Origin: an uncultured Prolixibacteraceae bacterium
GTDB taxonomy: Bacteria > Bacteroidota > Bacteroidia > Bacteroidales > Prolixibacteraceae
DNA: 38,435 nucleotides
Direction: 5' to 3'
Assembly: GCA_964486235.1 (NCBI GenBank)
Contig: CAZANK010000001.1
Span: 2,488 to 40,922 of the forward strand
The notes under the pieces were generated by a model. That model saw only the letters and a program-made list of their open reading frames with translations, searched no databases and was not told the origin of the DNA. The translations under genes and the position numbers were made by a program. Shown in pieces: positions 25,195-34,570 of the stretch; the stretch's first letter is position 1; each line of letters starts with the position of its first letter.

Positions 25195-26285
25195 CACGAA
25201 ATATGAAAATCTGCAATGCTTTGAGCACAGTAAAATGGGTGGGACTTTTAACATTCATGACAATTGTAAAGTCATGTAATTCTCCGGAAAAATTCTATTC
25301 TGCCGATGACTTTGCCCTTGTTCAGAAGATTGATGCACATTTTCATTATCTAACCATGAATGAGGAATTCCTCAAATTGGCATCAAATCTGAACTTCCAT
25401 TTGCTTTCACCAAATTGGGATGGTGAGTATTCTATAGACGAGCAAATGAAAATTGCCCATAAGATATGGCTTTCCAATCCCAAAGGATTTGCATTTTTCG
25501 GTACTTTTTCGGTTGACAGTTTTGGTCAACCTGAGTTTGCTGACCTTACGATTGCCCGCATCAGGCAATGTTTACAAGGAGGCGCTTCTGGAATAAAAAT
25601 CTGGAAAAACATCGGGATGGTTTTAAAAGACCAGGATGGGAAATTTGTAATGATTGACGACCCGGCTTTCGATCCCGTTTTTACATTTCTCGAAGAGAAT
25701 AACATTCCGGTTCTGGCTCATTTGGGAGAACCAAAAGACTGCTGGCTACCCGAAAGTGAGATGACAGATCCGGGTGACAAAAGCTATTATCGAAACAATC
25801 CTGAATACCACATGTATCTGCATCCCGAAGTTCCTTCTTACGACGATCAGATTACAGCAAGGGACAATATCCTAAAAAAATACCCAAAACTTGATTTTAT
25901 CGGAGCACATCTGGGCAGTCTGGAATGGAATATTGATGAGTTGGCTCAACGTTTTGATATGTTCCCGAATTTCAAGGTTGACATGGCCGCCAGATTATAC
26001 CACCTGCAATATCAGTCTAAAAGCAACAGAGAAAAAGTCCGCAATTTTATGATCAAGTATCAGGACCGGATTTTATATGCCACAGATAATGAGGTACACG
26101 ATATTTCAGGTACGGATACTAAGACAACGATGCGAAATCTTCAACGGGGCTGGATGGCGCAATGGAGCTACCTCGCTACTGATTCAGTTATTAACAATAC
26201 AAAAGGATTAAAACTTCCAAAGGATGTTATTGATAAGATCTATTTCAAAAATGCGAAAAAGTATTTTAATCAAAAACAGAATTAA
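25191..26285 (+). CDS. Amidohydrolase-family (PF04909-like) metal-dependent TIM-barrel hydrolase, lipoprotein
   Basis: Lipobox IVKSCNS. Metal-binding HxH in KIDAHFHY. Later VLAHLGEP, FIGAHLGS and ILYATDN are spaced as in amidohydrolase_2 proteins. The start overlaps the upstream stop (ATGA). Confidence 0.6.
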   Translation: MTRNMKICNALSTVKWVGLLTFMTIVKSCNSPEKFYSADDFALVQKIDAHFHYLTMNEEFLKLASNLNFHLLSPNWDGEYSIDEQMKIAHKIWLSNPKGFAFFGTFSVDSFGQPEFADLTIARIRQCLQGGASGIKIWKNIGMVLKDQDGKFVMIDDPAFDPVFTFLEENNIPVLAHLGEPKDCWLPESEMTDPGDKSYYRNNPEYHMYLHPEVPSYDDQITARDNILKKYPKLDFIGAHLGSLEWNIDELAQRFDMFPNFKVDMAARLYHLQYQSKSNREKVRNFMIKYQDRILYATDNEVHDISGTDTKTTMRNLQRGWMAQWSYLATDSVINNTKGLKLPKDVIDKIYFKNAKKYFNQKQN

Positions 26286-26295
26286 ACTTAAAGAC

Positions 26296-27120
26296 ATGAA
26301 AAAATTATTGCTGATTTCAAGCCTGTTAATACTCTTTCAATGTGTGAAAGGAAACGATGATTTTAACAATGGTTATAATCCATCCGAAAAACTTGTGTTA
26401 AAAGATGTTTCATACGGGGAATTACCGCGACAAAAATTCAACGCTTACCTTCCGGCAAACAGAAATAAAAATACGAAAGCAATCATTCTTATTCATGGAG
26501 GCGGCTGGAAATCAGGAGATAAAAGCGATTTCGATTTATTTGCATCCGCATTTGCCGATTCAGCTATTGCAGCTTTTGCCATAAATTACAGGTATGCCAA
26601 TACAAATGATCGTGTAAGTTATGTTGAAATTTTGAAGGATATTGACAAGGCAATTAGTTGCATCATCGATAGTTCTGTGACTTTTTCCTTTAATCCGAAA
26701 CAAATATGTCTTTTGGGACATAGTGCAGGAGCGCACCTGGCATTACTCTATACTTTTCGTGACAACAAGAAGGGTGTTGTGAATAAAGTTGTTTCATTGG
26801 CAGGCCCAACAGACTTGACCGACCCTCAATTACTCAATATCTCCGGGATAAATGACTTGGTAAACACATTGGTAGGGAATGATTTAGATAAACGTGAAGA
26901 TGCCAGTCCCATAAATTATGCAGGCGAAATTCCCACCTACTTGTATCATGGCAAAGCGGATGAAGTAGTTCCCAGTCAGCAATCCGTTAAATTCTTCGAA
27001 AAAATCAGTAGTCGGAATCCGAGGAATCGTTGCGCCATAATTGAAGGCTGCGGACATGGGTTTGATCTGGCGGAATTCATTAAAATATTAAATGAAACAG
27101 TTGCATTCGTTAAAGAATAG
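26296..27120 (+). CDS. Alpha/beta-hydrolase esterase (HGGGW / GHSAG type), lipoprotein
   Basis: Lipobox ILFQCVK. Oxyanion motif ILIHGGGWKSGDK. Nucleophile elbow LLGHSAGAHLA. C-terminal GCGHGF. The ORF-track start at 26224 overlaps the upstream gene; ATG 26296 gives a proper signal peptide. Confidence 0.8.
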   Translation: MKKLLLISSLLILFQCVKGNDDFNNGYNPSEKLVLKDVSYGELPRQKFNAYLPANRNKNTKAIILIHGGGWKSGDKSDFDLFASAFADSAIAAFAINYRYANTNDRVSYVEILKDIDKAISCIIDSSVTFSFNPKQICLLGHSAGAHLALLYTFRDNKKGVVNKVVSLAGPTDLTDPQLLNISGINDLVNTLVGNDLDKREDASPINYAGEIPTYLYHGKADEVVPSQQSVKFFEKISSRNPRNRCAIIEGCGHGFDLAEFIKILNETVAFVKE

Positions 27121-27169
27121 CTATTGGATATTCATTTTCTGAAATAAGGTCTTTAATCGGTGAATTGAA

Positions 27170-29266
27170 ATGAAAGCAAGATTTTATATCGTTGCATGGA
27201 GCCTGATCGTTACTCTTTCCTGTATGCAACGGGGATTGGCGCAAACCATAACTACCGAGAGCCTGCTAAACGACATGGTTGATTTTGAACGATTGACCCG
27301 TTTGTCCAAAGAAACCTATAAAGCAGTGCAATATTCTTCATACGACCGGAGAAGCACAAAACCAACCGATAATTTCTGGTTTGCCAATGAAGATGGGTTT
27401 GGCAATGAACCAATTCCCGGCTTTGAAAAAGTACTGAAACAACCGGATGCAAATGGAATAGGGGAGTATCTGATATGCGATATTCGAAAGCCAGGTGCCA
27501 TTTTACGCCTTTGGACTGCGCAGATAACCGGTAAAATCCGTTTGTTTTTAGATGATATGACCTCCCCTGTTTTTGAAGGAGATGCCCAGGATTTTTTTTG
27601 GAAAGCAATTGAAAAGTTATCCGACACTCCGGTTCAAATTGATTATGTCAACACCTTCAGGCAATTTGATGCGGTTTATCTCCCCATTCCTTTTGCCAGG
27701 GGATGCCGGATTGAATGGATCGGGGATATTAAAGAAACTCATTTTTATCATGTAGGTCTCCGCGTTTATGACTCCAACGTAAAGGTCGAAACGTTCAATG
27801 TTAAAGAGATCCCTAAATATGTTCAAAAACTGGAGGAAATAAACAGGATTTTAAGGAATCCGAAAGATGGAGTTTCCAATAAAAAGCGAATTATTCAAAC
27901 AAAGGAAATTAGTGTGCCTGTGGCCTCAACAAAAGAATTATTTAACATTACAGGACAACAGGCGGTTGAATATTTCTCCATCAAATTAAAAGCAAATAAT
28001 CCTGAAAATGCACTCCGGAAGAGTCTCTTAAAAATCTGTTTTGATGATTCTTCTGTTCCCCAGATACATGCGCCAATTGGCGATTTTTTTGGAGCAGCTC
28101 CTGGCCTGAATCCATATCAATCACTTCCTTTTTCAGTGGAAACAGATGGTACAATGACTTGCCGGTTTGTTATGCCATTTAAAAATGCTGCGCGCATAGA
28201 AATTGAAAATAATTCGGATGAGAATATTACTGTTTCAGGAGGTCTTGGTACCACAGATTATAAATGGGAGGATGGAAAAAGTATGCATTTCAGGGCACGC
28301 TGGAAAATCAATCATGAATTAACTGCTACGAATATTAACGCGGGTGATAATCGTGCTTCCGATATTCTATACTTGATGGCATCGGGTCAAGGCCGGATTG
28401 TTGGCGCCGCCGCCTATTTATATAATCCCAGCAATGTTCCCACTCCCTGGGGCAGTTGGTGGGGTGAAGGCGATGAAAAAATTTATGTAGATCAGGATAC
28501 CTTTCCTTCATTCTTTGGTACAGGCTCCGAAGATTATTTCAATTACTCATGGTCGTCGGCAAAAATATTTAGTTTCCCGTATTGCGGGCAACCCAGAAAT
28601 GATGGTCCCGGAAACCGTGGTTATGTTTCAAATTTCCGTTGGCATATCCTCGATGATATTCCATTTAAAGATAAAATCGCTTTTTTCATGGAGTTGGGCC
28701 ATCATGGAAATGTTCCCCGTTTTTCGTACGGAAGGATGGTCTGCCTCTATGCCTCACCCGAACTTATTGATGATTATCAGAAAATAACGATTGATGACCT
28801 TCGTGACATTTCCTATCGACCCTGGACCCCGGAGGCATACCTCGGTTCTGCAGGCTTCCGATTCATTCAAGCTGAAATGTTTATTGTTGAAAATAAGACG
28901 ATTAAGGTGGAAAATGGATCGCTGTGGTCAGAAGGAAGCATTGTGATGTGGACTCCGGCAAAAACAGCAGAGAAACTCAAATTCATGATCAATTCCGATA
29001 AAGCCGGCGATAAAACAAATATCGGTTTTACACTTGCCCATAGTCCGAATGGTGGCACAATGGCCATATTCATAAATGGAATGCCGGTAAAGTTTGATGG
29101 CAAAGAAACAGTGAACCTTTTCGAGCCAAATCAGCAGATTTTGGAAAACCATTTTTCAGAATCAATCCAATTACTAAAAGGTAATAATGAAATAATTTTC
29201 GAATCCAGAGATACCGAAATGGGTAAAAAAATAGGAATTGATTTCGTCTGGATGAGAGAGAAATGA
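27170..29266 (+). CDS. DUF2961 / glycoside hydrolase family 172 protein with an extra C-terminal beta-sandwich-like domain of about 150 aa
   Basis: Signal peptide MKARFYIVAWSLIVTLSCMQRGLAQ. DUF2961 motifs KPGAILRLWTAQ, YLPIPFARGCRIEW and WWGEGDEKIYVDQDTFPSFFGTGSEDYFNYSW. It is a paralog of 23494-25194 but about 130 aa longer at the C-terminus. Confidence 0.85.
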   Translation: MKARFYIVAWSLIVTLSCMQRGLAQTITTESLLNDMVDFERLTRLSKETYKAVQYSSYDRRSTKPTDNFWFANEDGFGNEPIPGFEKVLKQPDANGIGEYLICDIRKPGAILRLWTAQITGKIRLFLDDMTSPVFEGDAQDFFWKAIEKLSDTPVQIDYVNTFRQFDAVYLPIPFARGCRIEWIGDIKETHFYHVGLRVYDSNVKVETFNVKEIPKYVQKLEEINRILRNPKDGVSNKKRIIQTKEISVPVASTKELFNITGQQAVEYFSIKLKANNPENALRKSLLKICFDDSSVPQIHAPIGDFFGAAPGLNPYQSLPFSVETDGTMTCRFVMPFKNAARIEIENNSDENITVSGGLGTTDYKWEDGKSMHFRARWKINHELTATNINAGDNRASDILYLMASGQGRIVGAAAYLYNPSNVPTPWGSWWGEGDEKIYVDQDTFPSFFGTGSEDYFNYSWSSAKIFSFPYCGQPRNDGPGNRGYVSNFRWHILDDIPFKDKIAFFMELGHHGNVPRFSYGRMVCLYASPELIDDYQKITIDDLRDISYRPWTPEAYLGSAGFRFIQAEMFIVENKTIKVENGSLWSEGSIVMWTPAKTAEKLKFMINSDKAGDKTNIGFTLAHSPNGGTMAIFINGMPVKFDGKETVNLFEPNQQILENHFSESIQLLKGNNEIIFESRDTEMGKKIGIDFVWMREK

Positions 29267-29300
29267 TCAGGATTAAAATATTTTGAGATAAAGGGAGGCT

Positions 29301-30458
29301 ATGTTGCTAATAAAGAGATATATACAGGAACTTGAGATTTTTCAGGTCAGAAATAGAACAATTCTCTCGAAAGAACGGGTAATCTCCGTAGATGCATTAA
29401 GAGGTTTTGATATGTTTTGGATTATGGGAGGCGATATTGGGTTTCAGGCCCTTGATCATGTTTTCCACAGTAAGCTGTCAGGTTTTGTTAGAACACAATT
29501 TGATCATACTGAATGGTTCGGCTTTCATTTTGAAGACATTATCATGCCACTTTTTCTTTTTATTGTTGGCATTTCAATGGTCTACTCATACAGAAAAAGA
29601 CTCGGTAGTGGTTCCACTGACAAATCGTTGTGGATTCACACAATGAAGAGAGTTGCCCTACTTTGGTTATTAGGTATGGTTGTTCAGGGAAATCTGCTAA
29701 GTTATGACCTCAACCATATTCAATTTTACACAAACACCTTGCAGGCTATTGCAAGCGGTTATCTGATAGCAACCATTTTCATTCTGTATCTGCCGGTCTT
29801 TTATCAGATGCTGGCTACAATTGGTTTAATGATAGTTTATTGGGCAATTCTGGCACTTATTCCAATTGGAGGAACAACAGCCAACGCATATTCTCCTGAT
29901 GGGAATGTGGCAATGTATGTTGAAAAGTTGGTTATGGGGCGTTTTATCGGCTGGGGAACTTATACCTGGATTGTTTCGAGCCTGAATTTTGGGGCGACTG
30001 TCATGGTCGGTGTTTTTGCCGGGTACATGATGCAATCAAATGAGAGTAAGATGAAGAAATTCTGGAATTTCGGGATTCTTGGAATTTCACTGATTATCCT
30101 TGCGTTAATCCTGAATATTTGGCATCCAATAATCAAGAAGATATGGACAAGCTCATTTGTTCTCTTTTCCGGTGGTATCAATTTGCTGATACTTGCAGCT
30201 TTTTACCTGGTGATTGATATCTGGAACGTTCGGAAAGGCACAAAATGGATGATAATCATAGGATCGAATGCCATTTTTGCCTATGTGGCCTGGCATCTGT
30301 TTAGCAACAGTTTTATAGGCATGGCTGAAATCTTTTTGAAAGGTTTAAAACCATGGATTGGAAACTGGTTTGAAGCACTGGGTATTTTTGGCGGTACGCT
30401 GATCTTATACCTCATCCTCAAGTATATGTACAAGAATAAAACTTTCATTAAAATTTAA
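29301..30458 (+). CDS. DUF5009 / HGSNAT-like polytopic membrane acyltransferase (heparan-alpha-glucosaminide N-acetyltransferase-like)
   Basis: The diagnostic N-terminal motif RVISVDALRGFDMFWIMGG is followed by about 10 hydrophobic helices. It has no signal peptide. Size is about 385 aa. Confidence 0.7.
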   Translation: MLLIKRYIQELEIFQVRNRTILSKERVISVDALRGFDMFWIMGGDIGFQALDHVFHSKLSGFVRTQFDHTEWFGFHFEDIIMPLFLFIVGISMVYSYRKRLGSGSTDKSLWIHTMKRVALLWLLGMVVQGNLLSYDLNHIQFYTNTLQAIASGYLIATIFILYLPVFYQMLATIGLMIVYWAILALIPIGGTTANAYSPDGNVAMYVEKLVMGRFIGWGTYTWIVSSLNFGATVMVGVFAGYMMQSNESKMKKFWNFGILGISLIILALILNIWHPIIKKIWTSSFVLFSGGINLLILAAFYLVIDIWNVRKGTKWMIIIGSNAIFAYVAWHLFSNSFIGMAEIFLKGLKPWIGNWFEALGIFGGTLILYLILKYMYKNKTFIKI

Positions 30459-30489
30459 ACCAAAACCGAAATACTAATCTCTGAAAACT

Positions 30490-31959
30490 ATGAATACTAA
30501 TCGCCGGAGTTTTTTTAAAATCGCGGGAGTTGCCAGTGTCAGCATATTTTCCGGGGCCTTATCTTCCTGTGATTCAAATGAAAAAAAAAATCAAACTGGC
30601 TCACTTTTAAACATCGAAGAGGAGGCAAATAAAGCACACGCTCAACGCTTTAACATGAGCGGTTATGCAGCGCCAAAACTAGATGTTGTACGAATTGGAT
30701 TTATCGGACTGGGAATGCGAGGACCTGGCGCAGTTGAACGAATAGCTAATATTGAAGGTGTCGAAATTAAAGCGCTTTGCGATGAACGAATGGATCGGGT
30801 TGAAAGCGCGCAAAAAATTCTCGCCGAACGCGGATTGCCTGAGGCAAAGGCATATGGGGGAAGGAAAGAGGCATGGAAAGAGCTTTGTCGAAGTAATGAA
30901 ATTGACCTTGTTTATATTTGCACACCCTGGCAGCTTCATACTCCAATGGCTGTATTTGCAATGGAAAATGGCAAACATGCCGCTTCTGAAGTTCCCGCAG
31001 CCACAACTCTTGAAGAGGCATGGCTACTGGTCGAAACATCTGAAAAAACAAAAAAGCACTGCATGATGCTTGAAAACTGCTGCTACGACTTTTTCGAACT
31101 GCTGACTTTAAATATGGCACGACAAGGTTTTTTTGGAGAACTGACCCATGTTGAGGGAGCTTATATTCACAACCTCGCTGATCTGAATTTCAGTAAAAAA
31201 GGCTATACCGAAATGTGGCGGTTAAAGCACAACCAGCATCGCAATGGCAATCTTTACCCTACTCATGGTCTCGGACCAGTTTGTCAGGCGTTGAACATCA
31301 ATCGCGGCGATAAGATGGAATACCTGACGTCCATGTCGACAAATGATTTCCAATTGGCAAAAATGGCTGATAATCTGGCAAAGGAGGATGCTTTCTACAA
31401 AGAATTTGCAACGACAAACTATCGCGGGAATATGAACACAACCCTTGTCCGGACTGAGAAAGGCAAGACAATAATGATTCAGCACGACACCACTTCTCCA
31501 AGACCATATTCGCGTATCCACCTCATTTGCGGAACCAAGGGAGTAGCCATCAAGTATCCTGAGCCCGGAAGAATCGCGACAGGTCACGAATGGTTCGATG
31601 ATGCGAAAATGGCTGAGATTCAGAAACAGTATACTCCTGAAATTGTGAAGCGGGTAGGTGAGATGGCAAAGAAAATTGGTGGCCACGGCGGTATGGATTT
31701 TATGATGGACTGGCGCCTTATTGATTGCCTTCGCAACGGACTGCCGCTTGACCAGGATGTTTACGACGCGGCATTATGGAGTTGTATTGCACCATTAAGC
31801 GAATGGTCTGTTGCCAATCGCTCGAATTCGATACAGGTTCCGGACTTTACCTGCGGATCCTTTAAATCAAATCTACAGGTTGATATCAGTCTGTCTCAAG
31901 GCGGAAATACTGGAGTCAGGGCCATAACGAGCAGTTCGGGGAGCCAATTAAAAGTATAA
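30490..31959 (+). CDS. Gfo/Idh/MocA-fold NAD-dependent enzyme with a Tat signal, GH109-like (alpha-N-acetylgalactosaminidase family)
   Basis: Twin-arginine signal plus lipobox-like RRSFFKIAGVASVSIFSGALSSC. Rossmann motif VRIGFIGLGMRG. YICTPWQLHTPMAVFAMENGKHAASEVPAATTLEEAWLLVETSEKTKKHCMMLENCCY...EGAYIHNL matches the GH109 pattern. Confidence 0.7.
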   Translation: MNTNRRSFFKIAGVASVSIFSGALSSCDSNEKKNQTGSLLNIEEEANKAHAQRFNMSGYAAPKLDVVRIGFIGLGMRGPGAVERIANIEGVEIKALCDERMDRVESAQKILAERGLPEAKAYGGRKEAWKELCRSNEIDLVYICTPWQLHTPMAVFAMENGKHAASEVPAATTLEEAWLLVETSEKTKKHCMMLENCCYDFFELLTLNMARQGFFGELTHVEGAYIHNLADLNFSKKGYTEMWRLKHNQHRNGNLYPTHGLGPVCQALNINRGDKMEYLTSMSTNDFQLAKMADNLAKEDAFYKEFATTNYRGNMNTTLVRTEKGKTIMIQHDTTSPRPYSRIHLICGTKGVAIKYPEPGRIATGHEWFDDAKMAEIQKQYTPEIVKRVGEMAKKIGGHGGMDFMMDWRLIDCLRNGLPLDQDVYDAALWSCIAPLSEWSVANRSNSIQVPDFTCGSFKSNLQVDISLSQGGNTGVRAITSSSGSQLKV

Positions 31960-32040
31960 AATGGTGATATGGATTACCCTCAAGATCGTATCAAAACAAA
32001 TTTTGACGTGTCAAATACATTAATAAATCAATTGTTAAAG

Positions 32041-34560
32041 ATGGAACACCTTAATCATAAGCATTTAGTAATAACTATAATTCTGAGCTTATCCTTGTTT
32101 CTTTGTTCGGCTAAAGAAAAGAGCATTAATCCCCGGGATCATGCTTTTAACGGGTATTACTCAGGAAAGTATCTGGATCGTGTTGCTTTCCCAATTGGTG
32201 GCATTGGCGCCGGAATGTTTTGTATGGATGGCACAGGATCACTTTCTCATTTGTCAGTAAAGCATAGGCCTGAATTATTCAATGAGCCTGTCTGTTATGC
32301 AGCAATATGCGTCAAAGGAAGGGAAAATGGGGCAAAAGTTTTGGAAGCACAGGTTCCTGAATGGAAACTGTATGGTTCAGCAGGATCGACAATCGGCGCC
32401 CTGGGAAAGTCATATGGTCTTCCTCGGTTTGAGAATAGTCGCTTTTTACCAAGGTTTCCATTCGCCACGCTTGAACTTCAGGATAAAGATATTCCGTTTG
32501 AGGTTGAAGTAACGGGTTGGAGCCCCTTCATTCCGGGTGATGAAGATAATTCAAGTTTGCCGGGCGGTGCCATGGAATATTCTTTCAGAAACAATACAAA
32601 AGAAGAAATTGAAGCGGTTTTTTCCTGGAACTCAAGGAATATTATTACCGAATGGGTTGGACGTATTGTAGAAATAAAGAATGGTTTTACTTTAACGGGC
32701 GATCCACCCGATTCCGGGAACACTGGCTTGTCAGTCTTTATAAATGACAACGATGCCGTGGTGGACTATTGCTGGTTCCGGGGTGAGTGGTTTGATCCCC
32801 ATATGATTCTTTGGAAGAACATTGAAAATGGTAACGTTGTTTCTAATCGTCCGGTTGATTCACCCGCGCCTGGCGCATCAATATATGTCCCGTTTAGACT
32901 TAAACCTGGCGAAAGTAAAAGCATCGTTGTCAACTTCTGCTGGTATCTGCCCCAAACGAACCTGTCAATAGGGAATGTGCCAGGCACGGAAGAGAAGCTC
33001 CCTCCCTATAAACCCTGGTATACGGCTCGTTTTGATAATCTGGATGAAGTCAATAAGTACTGGATGACGAATTATTCAGACCTGAAGCAAAAAAGCGAAC
33101 TTTTTCGTGACGCGTTTTTCTCCTCAACACTTCCTCCCGAAGTCATTGAAGCAGTTGCTGCAAACCTGGCAATTCTGAAATCTCCAACCATTTTGCGGCA
33201 GTTTGACGGACGGCTTTGGGCTTGGGAAGGATGCGATGATAACGAAGGCAGTTGTCATGGCAGTTGCACACACGTTTGGAATTATGCCCAGGCGATGCCC
33301 CATCTCTTTCCGGGCCTTGAAAGAACGTTTCGAGAAACGGAACTAATGGTCAGTCAAAATGATAAAGGGCATCAGAATTTCAGGGTGAATCTGCCAATTT
33401 CTACGCCTCCGCACGATTTTCATTCAGCAGCCGACGGTCAGTTGGGCGGAATAATGAAAGTATACCGGGAATGGAGGATCAGCGGAGACACTGAATGGAT
33501 GAAAGGTCTGTTTCCACTTGTTAAAAAAAGTATGGATTATTGCATTGAGACCTGGGACCCGGATCAGAAGGGTTATCTCGAAGAACCCCACCACAATACA
33601 TACGATATCGAATTCTGGGGACCTGATGGGATGTGTACCAGCTTTTACCTGGGCGCCCTCACTGCATTTAATGAAATGAGCAAAGCAGTAGATTCTCCAT
33701 ACGGAGAGTATGAAAACCTGCTTGCTAAGGGTAAGGTATTTACTGAATCGGAGCTGTTTGACGGAGAATATTTCATACAAAAAGTAAAATGGGAGGGATT
33801 GCATTCCCCAAGTCCTGTTGTGGCTGCAAAGAGCAGTTACAGAACCAGCTATTCTGAAGAAGCGTTGAAGCTGTTAAATGAAGAAGGCCCTAAATATCAG
33901 TATGGGAAAGGGTGCTTGTCGGATGGTATTTTAGGAATGTGGATGGCTTCTGTTTGTGGTTTGCCTGAAATTATCGATCAGGAAAAAGTAACCAGTCATC
34001 TTGCTGCAGTTTATAAAAACAACTTTAAATCAAACCTTATTGATCATGCCAATCCCCAACGGCCAACTTATGCCGCAGGAAGAGATGGAGGTTTATTACT
34101 ATGTACCTGGCCTAAAGGAGGTAGATTGTCTCTTCCTTTCATCTACAGTAACGAGGTTTGGACCGGAATAGAATACCAGGTTGCAAGTCATCTCATGTTT
34201 CATGGGGAGGTTGAAAAAGGACTGGATATTGTCCGTACCTGCCGGAAACGATATGATGGACGTGTACGAAACCCGTTCAATGAATACGAATGTGGAAGCT
34301 GGTATGCACGCGCCATGTCGAGTTATGCACTTCTCGAAGGACTTACCGGTGTCCGCTATGATGCCGTAGACCGCACTTTATTTATCGATTCAAAGATTGG
34401 AGATTTTAAAAGTTTCCTTTCCGCTGAAACCGGCTTTGCCAATGTTGGACTCAAAAACGGGAAGCCCTTTCTCGAAGCTGTATATGGAACTATTGATATC
34501 CAAAAAGTCATCGTTTCGGGCGTCGAAAAACAATTGATCCATCAATCGTTATCAAAGTAA
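32041..34560 (+). CDS. Glycoside hydrolase family 116 (GBA2-type) protein
   Basis: Signal peptide MEHLNHKHLVITIILSLSLFLCSAKE. GH116 N-terminal domain motif FPIGGIGAGMFCMDGTGSLSHLSV. Catalytic-domain (DUF608) motif WAWEGCDDNEGSCHGSCTHVWNYAQAMPHLFPGLERTFRETE. HNTYDIEFWGPDGMCTSFYLGAL. The ORF-track start at 31969 adds 24 residues ahead of the signal peptide. Confidence 0.82.
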   Translation: MEHLNHKHLVITIILSLSLFLCSAKEKSINPRDHAFNGYYSGKYLDRVAFPIGGIGAGMFCMDGTGSLSHLSVKHRPELFNEPVCYAAICVKGRENGAKVLEAQVPEWKLYGSAGSTIGALGKSYGLPRFENSRFLPRFPFATLELQDKDIPFEVEVTGWSPFIPGDEDNSSLPGGAMEYSFRNNTKEEIEAVFSWNSRNIITEWVGRIVEIKNGFTLTGDPPDSGNTGLSVFINDNDAVVDYCWFRGEWFDPHMILWKNIENGNVVSNRPVDSPAPGASIYVPFRLKPGESKSIVVNFCWYLPQTNLSIGNVPGTEEKLPPYKPWYTARFDNLDEVNKYWMTNYSDLKQKSELFRDAFFSSTLPPEVIEAVAANLAILKSPTILRQFDGRLWAWEGCDDNEGSCHGSCTHVWNYAQAMPHLFPGLERTFRETELMVSQNDKGHQNFRVNLPISTPPHDFHSAADGQLGGIMKVYREWRISGDTEWMKGLFPLVKKSMDYCIETWDPDQKGYLEEPHHNTYDIEFWGPDGMCTSFYLGALTAFNEMSKAVDSPYGEYENLLAKGKVFTESELFDGEYFIQKVKWEGLHSPSPVVAAKSSYRTSYSEEALKLLNEEGPKYQYGKGCLSDGILGMWMASVCGLPEIIDQEKVTSHLAAVYKNNFKSNLIDHANPQRPTYAAGRDGGLLLCTWPKGGRLSLPFIYSNEVWTGIEYQVASHLMFHGEVEKGLDIVRTCRKRYDGRVRNPFNEYECGSWYARAMSSYALLEGLTGVRYDAVDRTLFIDSKIGDFKSFLSAETGFANVGLKNGKPFLEAVYGTIDIQKVIVSGVEKQLIHQSLSK

Positions 34561-34570
34561 GAAAATTACC

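Noticed and set aside
26224-26295. Upstream extensions of ORF-track starts: 26224 for the esterase, 35754 for the terminal esterase, 31969 for GH116 and 5960 (TTG) for SusD
   Set aside because: Each extension overlaps the preceding gene or precedes an obvious signal peptide or lipobox. Internal ATGs at 26296, 35832, 32041 and 5969 give canonical N-termini.
31222-31686. Long antisense ORFs inside + strand genes (for example 31222-31686, 17304-17756, 9507-9932, 36513-36899, 5144-5515, 104-496, all on the - strand)
   Set aside because: They lie entirely within strongly supported + strand genes. Their sequences are low-complexity or unfamiliar with no recognisable motifs. They are typical shadow ORFs.
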